A stretch of 64,000 bases of DNA from Tubiluchus corallicola (taxonomy: Eukaryota > Animalia > Priapulida), in contig JAQGDQ010000048.1 of the NCBI GenBank assembly GCA_030141605.1, positions 620,001 through 684,000 on the forward strand, given 5' to 3'. The notes beneath the pieces were generated by a model. The model did not search any database. It saw only the letters and a program-made list of their open reading frames with translations, and was not told the DNA's origin. Shown here piece after piece: positions 1 through 34,840 of the stretch; the first letter of the stretch is position 1, and each line of letters begins with the position of its first letter. The position numbers were made by a program, and so were the translations under genes.

Positions 1-764
1 GTTGAAGTCGTAGTCAAAATGGTAGTCAAAATAAGAAACTTGTTTATATGGCTATTTAAATATTAAATGGTTAATAGTTTTAAGTTAGCATTCGGAGACC
101 GCCAATATGTTGCTTGTGTTTAACTGCATCTGAAATAATGCTTTGATCATGAAAATGGCTATCAGCCATAAAATAACCTCTCCAATCTCCAGTAATTAAT
201 TGCAAACTAAACAGTGCAAGATCAGAAGAAAATTATCGAACAGAATTTTTGTACTGTAGATTAGTACGTATAAATATGAATTGATTTAGACTACTAAAAA
301 CAATTTATTAATATGCATTGGTATTACCATTTCTTTCAAGCCTGCATGTGGCTAATACATAGGTTTTTTTCACAAGTCGACCAATTGAATTAGTTTGCAT
401 AAGCATGCGTTAAAGAAAGAATGAGTTTTATTTAATTTGAGGGTGAAAGAAGAACTGAATAGTCTTGGTGCTTGCTCAGCTGCAAAGTTGTGCAGTGACA
501 GACTTGACTTACAACTGGATGGGTGACTACCTGTTTAATGTTCTAAGCAGTTTTTGCAAAGTGTGATACATGTCTCTTTTCAAGGACGTATTTACCTCTG
601 ATTGTGGATTAGACATTTCCGCCACTTCATTGTGTCATCTCAAATGATCATGTTTGATAACCAGGCATGTTCCAGTTCTTCTGCTACTGACTATATTAGC
701 AAATTGTGCACTTAGTGCTGGATACAGACTGTAACATACAAATAATGTGCTGTCTGTATTTTAG

Positions 765-25411
<24,647 letters not shown>

Positions 25412-28400
25412 GTAAGTGTTAATCGACCACAGTTTCTAATCCCTTTGTGAAATTTTCAGGGTTTTATGCATTTCTGCTTTCTGTTGTAGTAGAAAATCTG
25501 TAGCATTAAAATAGTTTCTGTTTGATTGTTTGAATTTGGCTGATTAAAGATTAGAAATCATTCTGTGTGTATAATTCAGCTTGTTTTGTAAGTATTACTA
25601 CTCAGCTAGATTTCTTAGAAGGAATATAATGCAAGAATTGCCACTTGGTGGATCAGATATCAGATTTATATATATGCATAGTATTCTCATTAACATAAGT
25701 GTAGTACAGTGATAATTGTAACAGTGTAACTTTTGTGTAACAAGTTTCATGATATGACAGAGCACAAAGAGATTTGTGGCTACCATCATAATTTTTGTTA
25801 ATTATACTGTTAGCTTGTTTACATTTGCAGTTCTTATTAACTAAAAGATAATATTAGTAAGATTAATAAAATAATTCCCAAGGGATGCAGAGAAGGAATA
25901 AATAACCCCAGTTTTTTAGTAGTGTTGCTGTGGTAAATAGTTTTTGTATAATGGCATTATCTTAATGTCCTTTTACCCCTGATGTTAATGAAAAAATGAG
26001 AAAATACAAAGTACATATTTTATTTTAACTTTTATTAGCATTATAAGACAAAAATAAACAATATAACCTGCCAATTATGTATATACAACAAATAGAAGCT
26101 ATAATTATAACACATATTAAACTATAACACACAATAATATTTTACTATATACACGAGGAAAGTAGAGTTATTGTAATAATAACATTTGAGCATATATTGA
26201 GCTGACAATAAGGGAAGGGAAATTATACATGTATGTCATTCAGTTTAAACCAAAGGATCAAAGGTACGTACAAAGGTAAAAGTTTAAAAATGCTAAGTTC
26301 AAAATCTAAGCCGCCACAGTGACACTTCCTTACATACGCTGTCATGATCACGCAAAATAACACGTTTTGAAGATTATGGCATAGTATAAGCATTGTATAA
26401 ACATTTGTGCTGATATTACTCCAAAAATCAGTAAAGGTCAATGGTTAAAAGCAAAGATGACATCCTTTTTCAAGAACTTGTTTTTTTGTGATTTCTTAAG
26501 AAAAAAAGTACAAGTACCCACACATAGACAAACATCTGTATTTACAATCAGTAAATGTGTAAACAGAAATATCTGTTTAATTGTGGGTGCTTGTGTTTGT
26601 TTTTCTGGTAAGGCTTTGATTCTCCAGTCACAGATCTGATGGTTTTTTTGGTTAAACTTTTTGCTTTTATTACTTTTGAATTTCTAGCACGTCACTCATT
26701 TTATTGTTTTCACATGGAGTAACAAAGCAGCAATAATTGTATCTACTTAGGTCTACGTACGTCGCAGTAAGATGTGTACTGTGTTTCGTGATTTCTTTCT
26801 AAGCTGTGGTTGTCTAGAAATGCTAATAATGTGTTTCTATGAGCAGCTTAACATCAGCTAGAAAGACTTTCCTTTTGTTGCTGCTTGCAGTACATGCGTG
26901 CTGTAATGTGTTTTAGTTGTTGCTTTTTGCACTTATTAAGCACCTGACAGGACTTACTGACTTGCTGTGTTGTGATCCCAAGATTAACTGACACGTAAAC
27001 AGGCCCCAGCTACAGAACTTTTTTAAATGTCATTACTATTAGTAAAACACAGACTGTCAAAACTGCAAATTCCAATATTCCACTGAAGCAGACAATGGGA
27101 TATGTGTCTAAGGACTGGTGGTACATTTAAAAGATTTTTCAAATACAAGCATAAATTTGAGGCAAGGAAAATAGGCGAATGTTTTCAGCATGTACTTAGC
27201 GACCGAAGTTTAGCCCCTCTCCCCCCAGAGCTAGCTCTTCAGTACAATGAATGGCTCATGAGAGCCTGAGTTCGACACTTCCTTTTTTTGCAGTTTCATT
27301 CATCATGCTGATTCTGACTTTTGATCTCATAGATGGTGTATGTTTTCACACGCTAATGTGGCAAAGACACCTCTGTCAGTTTAGTGTCTCATCTTGGGGC
27401 ACAGCTTTCATAATGAACCAGATTCCGATCTCTCCATAAACATCCTCATTCAGTAGATCCTGCTGTTTACATACTGGAATTCAGATTTGCAGTTTGCAGA
27501 ATTACGTATAAAAAATGAGTGTGTAACATTGCCAAAGTCGATGGTTTTCAGAACCCTTCCACCCAAAGCTGTTATAGTAAAAATGTTTTATGCTGAACTG
27601 TTTATTAGTGGAAAGTGGACATTTGTCAAAGCGTTGCAGGTCAGTAATAGTTTCAAAATAAGTAAGACGAGCATTGAAACTTGGGAATTTTTTAGACACA
27701 CTCAAATATAAATAAGTACAAATTGGGTAATAGACTGCCAAATCTAGTTCTGGTTCTGACTGGTTCATTTACAAACATTGGGTGCAAAAGAAGCTCTTCC
27801 CTAGAGTTGTGATGTTACTGATTTGCTGGGAAGGTTTTATTTTCTTGCTTTTAGTGGGACAGAAGTGATTGTTGGGCAGTAAAATAGATGTTCGGGACGG
27901 AACACAATTAGACAGGATACAGCAAATTAGAACAGGACATAAACACACTTGGGGAAGTTGTACTGAACTAACCAAGTTGTACTTAGAAAGTTATGTAGAG
28001 TGTTCTTGTAATTAACCATGCTTTTGCTACACCAGCCAGCAGTCTCTGGATCAGGCAGAGAAGTTACTGACTTATCCACTGCATCTTACACAAAACATTG
28101 AATGATATGACATTACACAATTGACTAAAACCTATTGGTAAGAAATGAGATTCGGAGAATTGCCCGTTTGCTCGATTTACCCATCCATCTAAGTGGAATA
28201 AGAGAGCTCAAAAAACTTCATTTAAAAAAATCGGGTTTTATTTCCTGAATTAAGTCTTGAACAGAGGTGTAAGTGACGTTTCATTGCAAAATAATTCGTT
28301 GTGGCATTGTGCTTTAATGTTTTTATTGGTTTCCTGGTAACCTTTAGGCTTAATGATCTTACTGTGCTTAAACGTGAGAGTTGCTGGACTGTGGCTCTCA

Positions 28401-30097
28401 CAATTGAAGCTCACCCGACCAGCCTAATTAGGTTAATATACTTTTCCCATTACTGTGCATTCTTAAATTCTTCATTTTCTACTTTCTGATCTGGTTGATT
28501 TATTGTTATTGGCATCTTGTAAAATAAGGTGCTTGTTTCGATTGTGTTCATGCACGTCTGACACAAATCCCAGAATATGTTGCATATAAATTAATAAATA
28601 TTAGGCAGCAGCTTTGCCAAGTTTGTCAGCAGTGCTGGAAAATTAGCTTCATTTTGTCATATTCACACAAAGATGTTTTTAGGAGAATTAATGTGCCATG
28701 ATAGCTATTAGTTGCCTGAGTGTGCCTGCCCAGTGTATGTGCGCGCATGTGAAATGTGTATGTGTGTCCATTAATTGCCTTAAAAGCTCAAGTTGTTGGG
28801 TCACAATTTTTTCAGCGCCTCGTTTAGGATACCTGTAAGCCGGATGTCTTTCTTAATACGTGTCTTGGATGTCTTACAAAAAGGTGCAGCTTCTAAGTCA
28901 ACTACTCTGTTCAAATGTAGTGACATATTACTAGTAGAGGGTTGTTGGCTGTGACCGATTGTGTAGCACTGTACTAGAGTGAGAACTCTTACCAGCTTTG
29001 TCAAGTTGAATCAGCAGCTTAAACTTCTGAGTATGTGTCATGAAAGCACTGGTTCTGGGTTCAAATCCTGGTTTATTCATAATTTTTCAGTGTCTCTTTC
29101 TTCAGTTAATTACCCATTATGGCTAATTTTTGTCAGCGTGATGTCTTTAGGTGTGTGCGCCTGTTGGTTGAGGAGGAGAATTGGAAGTAGCCTACATATT
29201 TCATCACTTTGCTGTACCATCTACCATATTACCATGTTAAAATTGACGAAGATCATAAGTTCTAGCCTTTATCCTTCCACTCGTTTAATGTCTCACAGAT
29301 CTTTTTGTTTTTATGAATGATAGTTTAATTTTTTCAGAAGCTGCTATCTGAGAGGAGTTATTGTGCTATAAGAAGTGAACCTCTTTTCACTGTTATATGA
29401 TGTTCTAATGTGTAATAGAAGGCGATACTCGAATTACTGCAATTAATTTTGATGACTATGTCTCCTCTTCAGCTTCTGCAAAATTTTCACCAAAATTAAC
29501 TAATAAAAGATTAGGAAATAATTAATGTGGAAGCGCACTGCTTTAAAACCACATCATTAGGTATGGCGCTGTTTGTGCAGCACATCTGTTAATGAGGCAC
29601 GCTGCTAAAACATTGTTATTGAAACGGTAAGCTAGTGCAATGAGAGAAACGTAATGAAGACTGTTGAGCAAAATAAAGAACTAATTATCTTAAGCGAGGT
29701 CACAGCAATTTGTCAAGTTGTGAGCTTGTTGAAGATAACTGTGTTCGCTAATTTTTAGGAGCACACTTAGCAAACCAAGCATGGTAATTTGTGCAGGCAT
29801 TCTCATTAGACGCACTATTACTCATACATACTCGTATTTAGTTCTTCTCATATGTGTGGTGCAGATCTATGAGTAATACCATTAATGCCTGTTGTAATAT
29901 GTTGACAGATCGGTCGGGTCTATTATAGAATTTTCAATGTACGCAACTTTCAAACTGCAAATGTCATTAATAATGGAAATGTTATTAGTAACTAGACATA
30001 GTTGCCTAGTATTATGTAAGTGTCATACGTGCTTTGCAAAATCAATGTAACACGGCAATTTCAGTTAGTGGCTGTTCTTTCTGTACGCGACTAACTT

Positions 30098-32059
30098 GGT
30101 CATTCCGCTTAAAATGGACTAAATTTAGAAAAGGTTGAGTTGTGACCATGATGAATTTGGCTGAAACTTCTAGGATAAGTTGCACGAGTATTATATAGAA
30201 AGTCTTTGAAGTATTACGTTCATACAATTAATAGTTTCAAGTTATTAACTAATTAATGAAGAAAGGTGGTTACCTTTTTTCATGCCTCGCGAGTGTGTTT
30301 TTCTGAGAGCAAACTTTAATTAGCTACATCTTTCTTACCAAACTAGTTGCAGGCCTGAAATTTACAGCATGAACTCTCTATGTGTATGTACACATGTGCC
30401 AATTACAAAACTCCAAATTGGTGATCAAGTTTTTGTGCAATAGAGTGACAAAAACCCTAGCAAAAATGGCGTTAATTGTTTCGGGCCTCATTTGGCAGCC
30501 CTTTAGGCCCTGAAGGGATACTCCTATAAATTTAAGTTTCTATATGAAATCCTTTGTCACTTGCTTGTTTCAATTGTACAATTTACAGTTCATGCAGGTG
30601 CAAATTTTTTGAGCTAAGAGTCTTTCAAAATTAAAAATTGAGATTTTGGGATGTTTCAAGTCGTTATAACCTGGCTTTTACAATACTGAACAAAATATAA
30701 ATAGCACCATTAGAAAGAGCATCTAAGAATTAACAGAAACCTAAAATACTGTTGTGGTACTCTTATACATAATATGTTTTTTTATGTTCATTAATGCCAT
30801 ATATGCGAGTTCATCATGGCTGACCAACAGCCCATACACCCCTTATTAGACAATGCAAAGCATTGCAGGCATGAGTTACATGACAGTGAATGCTGTACAC
30901 GTATTGTTTGAACAGTAGCGGTGAAACCTTCAGTTTAGCTTTTTAAGTTATAGACAGTTATTTAAGTTATAGTGTTTTTGGCTTGTCCTATTTTTTAATG
31001 AAAACTAGTAGATAGTCATGGCAGCTGGTTTGACTTCATGCACTGTTGGAAAGCTACTAAAGTGTACATCTGGTTGTCATAGAAAAGGCTACACAAGAAG
31101 CGTAACAAGTCATGACTCCTTCTTTCAGCTGTTGAAATCTTTCAAAATTTCTGATTGTAGAAAAATCAAATGCTTGTATTCAGTTAAAATGAATTTTAAC
31201 CAATACGAGAAGCATTCTCTGCCGACTGCTAGAATATTTCACTATTTAATCAATGGCAGTCATAAATGAGCATGATAAGACAGTGACTATCGTCATTAGT
31301 GAAGGGGGCATTGCTATTATGGTGCTATTATGTAGTAGCAACCTGGAAAAATGTCAGCTTGAGCTTTCGTACTGCGGCAATATTTCTAAATAATAAGCAT
31401 GTAAACATTTTCTGGTGTTCAGATATATAGCAAATCTAAACATATTTTCAAACTACAAAAAATACGTTTTTTGTAACAGTACCACAACAGTATTTTAGGC
31501 ATTTGTTAATTTTTCGATGCTCTTTCTAATGGTACTATTTTACTCCACGTTGTGGTAGCAATCTGGAAATACCAGAGCCAGGTTTATAATGACTCGAAAT
31601 ACATGCAAAAATCTCAATTTTTAATTTTGGAAGACTCCTAGTTCTGAAAGTTGCACCGGAATCAACTATAAATTGTACACTTGAAACAAGCAAGTGACAA
31701 AGGATTTCACATAAAAACTTAAACTTTTAGGAGAGTATCTCTTCAGGGCCTAAAAGGCTGCCAAATAGGGCCCAAAACAATTAATGCCATTTTTGCTAGG
31801 GTGTTTGCCAGTCTATTTCATAAAAACTTGACCATCCATTCTGAGTTTTGTAATTGGCACATGTGTACATACACATCGAGAGTGCATACTGTAAATTTCA
31901 TGCCCGCGGCTAGTTTAGTAAGAAAGATGTAGCTAATTAAAGTTTGCTCTGAGAAAAGTGCATTAGGGAGGCACCAAAAAGTAGAACATATTTTGAAAGT
32001 ATGAAGCAAATCTGAGATGGTCACAACTAAAGACTTGGTTCATTTGAGATGGAATGACC
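30098..32059. mobile_element. ~2 kb non-autonomous foldback DNA transposon with very long inverted repeats
   Basis: ~30283-30760 is the reverse complement of ~31478-31973 (e.g. agagcaaactttaattagctacatctttcttac / gtaagaaagatgtagctaattaaagtttgctct). Outer termini GGTCATTCC...GGAATGACC. No transposase ORF. Confidence 0.85.
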
Positions 32060-33201
32060 TAACTGCAAATTCAGTAAGTTTAACTTAATTGCCAAATAAA
32101 GCAACTATTAGAATAACATCACGTCCAACTTAAAATAAAAGCATTTTTAAGTTGGTCTTACATTAGCTTCACTTTGTCAAGTTTAAGCCAACAAGTTTAA
32201 CGGAAAATGAACGGCAGAAAAGTCGAGGTGACAGTTAAAATGGTACCTGAAGGAATGCATTTTAATGTAATTGAAATAAATAAACAATTAAGCTAATCTG
32301 AGGCTGGAAATTTCAGCACCTATGCCAATAAATGCATTCCTTTAAGTTTAAAAACAAGTTCTGGAATTGAAGAACAAGTCAAAGACAAATGCAATATTCC
32401 CTGCTGAAAAAGGACAGTATCACTCTAATGCTAATTTAAACTCCATGTTAGACGGTAAATTTTCAAAATGTAGTTTCAAAAGCAGTTCTTTGTAGCTGTT
32501 GATGGTCTCAGACTGGAATTACATCATTATTCTTATCGCCTTGTTCTTCGTGCTTACATGTTACTTTAGGAAAAGCGGATATTTACAGGTTCTACGATTC
32601 TATTTGCGTAATTAAGCACTTGTCAAATTCAATCACAGATAATGCATTACATATATACGAGCAGGCTCAAATCGATTCAGCTCGCAGCGATAACGCCCCT
32701 CGGCAGCACCAGTTACATAATCCACTTCTTATTAATTAGGAAAATTTGCGCAATTTGCTTTAGACCTTGCTAACCATTAATAAGTCGTGTTTTCAGAGGT
32801 TTAATTTATCAGGTCCCACAATGAACTTCTTTGCACTTCTACGTGAATAACTTGCTGTTACCAAGGAAATTTTTAATAAACTAATGATTTCTGCTGAGTT
32901 TTAAATTCAGTAAGATATACTGTCTGATGAAAAAAATTCTATTTGCGTATATTTTTAGAAAAAACGTATTGTGAAAATTGCTTAGAAATGATAAATTTCT
33001 GACGTGATTCGGCTGGCATTAAACGAACTACTTGGCGAACTAAAAACTTGTCAATAATAGATGGTTATAGCAAGGAAGGCTTCACGATTCACGCTTATAA
33101 CTCACAAGCATTAAACCGGCTACCTAACTCAGTTTCCTTGGTTTAGTGGTTTCCTAATTTTTTGAAAAGATTAAATTCAGTTTTTTTGTCAGTCATATTG
33201 T

Positions 33202-33207
33202 TTTATT
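33202..33207 (-). terminator. Candidate polyadenylation signal of the GPCR
   Basis: AATAAA on minus strand ~155 nt after the second (TAA) stop; AT-rich context makes chance occurrence plausible. Confidence 0.3.
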
Positions 33208-33360
33208 ACATTTTTTAGAAATCTACTTTTTATAACACAATCTAGAGATTTTAATTTTTGTTTATAAAACTGAATAGGTAATTCTGTTAATTACAGAAAA
33301 TGGAGTTCTTAAATTTTTGTCAAGTGTTAGGATCTCTGCTTTGATATGATTTTACTACAA

Positions 33361-33639
33361 TTAGAAATTTGTTGAATTGAATTTTACAACGTGGTTGTGA
33401 TTGCATAAAGAATCCTTGACACTTCCGCTTTCACTGTGTATGTATCTGGTAACAGCATTTCGGTGAATTTGAATCTCCCCCTCACTGCTTGCACTACCCT
33501 GTACAAATCGTACCACTTGAGGTAGATTTCGAGGTGCGTCCCCTCCACTTCCACTCCGCCGAGCCCCACCCAAATGCTGCATTTGGTGCTCCCTTTTGCG
33601 CTCGCTACTGCTGGATCGCTTTGGGCCTGCTGCTGGTTG
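33361..33639 (-). CDS. Putative stop-codon readthrough extension of the GPCR (92 codons + TAA)
   Basis: In frame after TGA: CAA CCA GCA ... QPAAGPKRSSSSERKREHQMQHLGG...KFNSTNF*. GC-richer than flanking non-coding DNA; CARYYA context. Confidence 0.6.
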   Translation of the reverse strand, partial: QPAAGPKRSSSSERKREHQMQHLGGARRSGSGGDAPRNLPQVVRFVQGSASSEGEIQIHRNAVTRYIHSESGSVKDSLCNHNHVVKFNSTNF

Positions 33640-34737
33640 TCATTTATACCTATATGATTGTGTCCTAAATTCTCCTGCTCCTAATTTTTCCTTCAGGAGT
33701 CGCAGAAGGGCACGTCGAAAATTTATCCCGCACATTGCATACAGTATGAAATTAATTGAGAAGTTTGTATAATATAAAAGATTAAAGAACCCTTGTAAAA
33801 GAGCCTCGAGGTCACTAACTTGAATCTCACTAATGTCTTTACCGTCTATAGTTCGTATAAACATTAGCATGCGAATGACGTAACTGGGTGTATTCAGAAT
33901 GATGAAAATGGTGGATATAAGTAGTAACAGCTTAGCTATGCTAATATGTGTCTTTGAGCTGACAATTGATGTATGCTGAATTTCTTTCGGTTCCAAGTTC
34001 AGACATTGTCTGTTGAACTCTATGATCTGCTTTGTGATGAGCACGTTCAGTATTAACACAGATATGAATGGCAAGATGAGCGTGAGCAGGGTGTCCACAT
34101 GGTTGAACACAGACTGCACGTACTTCCACTTTGGTAGCAAGTCGCAGACAAGTTCGTCTCCTTCACCACTTTCAACCATGCCGGCCGTCCACATGGTGTA
34201 ACTATATAGCACCATGGCTAGTAGGGTCAACCCTGCAATGACCGATTTCGCCCGCGACACCGTGCACATTGCTGGCCGATGCAGCGGGTAGCATACCGCC
34301 ACAAATCGTTCCACGGTGAAGGCAACAATGAACCAAACTGACAGAAAACTGCACGTAGAAGACATGTAAATTAGAATCTGACAAGCACCGTTCTTGTCAT
34401 ACATGTTGATGCCTAAGCCGTTCAACCACACCATAATTAGCGTGATGAGGAAACCCGTGTCAGCGATAGCTAGAGCGGCTAAGTAGTAACTGGACGAGCG
34501 CGTCCTTAAATAAGTGAAAATAAATACAACAAACGAGGTTAGATTGCCAAGAATCCCGACGATTATAATGATCGGCACGAAATATAGATCCATCAGTCTA
34601 AGTATCTCAAAAGCGTTCTCGTATGGCAAGAGTGTATCGTTGTAGAATATATGCGAGCCGTGCGACCGCACCTCACTAGTGATAATGCTGTCATTGTTTT
34701 CCTGCATTTCAGTAACATTGCCTCCTATTCTTATCAT
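33640..34737 (-). CDS. Class A neuropeptide GPCR, CNMamide receptor-like (FMRFamide-receptor-like group), single coding exon
   Basis: 365 aa with 7 hydrophobic segments. N-terminal N-glycosylation sequons (NVT, NDS, NDT); TM1 GN; TM2 SSSYYLAALAIADTGFL; TM3 SFLSVWFIVAFTVERFVAVCYPL..MCTVSRAK; TM6 LNTP; TM7 NFSINFILY; helix 8 FRRAL; candidate TM3/ECL2 Cys pair. These motifs match arthropod CNMa receptors as recalled. Confidence 0.9.
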   Translation of the reverse strand: MIRIGGNVTEMQENNDSIITSEVRSHGSHIFYNDTLLPYENAFEILRLMDLYFVPIIIIVGILGNLTSFVVFIFTYLRTRSSSYYLAALAIADTGFLITLIMVWLNGLGINMYDKNGACQILIYMSSTCSFLSVWFIVAFTVERFVAVCYPLHRPAMCTVSRAKSVIAGLTLLAMVLYSYTMWTAGMVESGEGDELVCDLLPKWKYVQSVFNHVDTLLTLILPFISVLILNVLITKQIIEFNRQCLNLEPKEIQHTSIVSSKTHISIAKLLLLISTIFIILNTPSYVIRMLMFIRTIDGKDISEIQVSDLEALLQGFFNLLYYTNFSINFILYAMCGINFRRALLRLLKEKLGAGEFRTQSYRYK

Positions 34738-34802
34738 TTTGACGCCATTTTTTGTTTATTCTCACTTTTTGCTCTTCCGGTTTTTAAGTTTTTAGTGTCC
34801 AT
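34734..34802 (-). promoter_or_regulatory. uORF (22 aa, MDTKNLKTGRAKSENKQKMASK*) whose TGA overlaps the GPCR ATG
   Basis: Minus strand: aaaATGgac...aaaATGgcg tca aaA TGA ta. Two in-frame uATGs (34802, 34748); stop at 34736-34734 overlaps main ATG at 34737-34735. Confidence 0.6.
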
Positions 34803-34820
34803 TTTCTATTTCTTTTGCTT

Positions 34821-34840
34821 CCTGTAAGCAAAAAATTTGA
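34821..34840 (-). other. Probable splice acceptor of the GPCR coding exon
   Basis: Minus strand aatttttt gcttacag|G, 84 nt upstream of the ATG; implies non-coding 5' exon(s) further right in the window. Confidence 0.6.

Noticed and set aside
27000-28270. Several short ORFs, possibly a decayed DNA transposon
   Set aside because: No diagnostic motif or terminal repeats identified.
33384-33569. 61-aa alternative-frame ORF over the receptor extension
   Set aside because: Non-ATG start and out of frame with the receptor; the in-frame extension explains the region better.
33640-33642. Selenocysteine recoding of the receptor UGA
   Set aside because: No SECIS-like AUGA/AA/GA hairpin recognised downstream, and no redox motif context; ordinary readthrough fits better.
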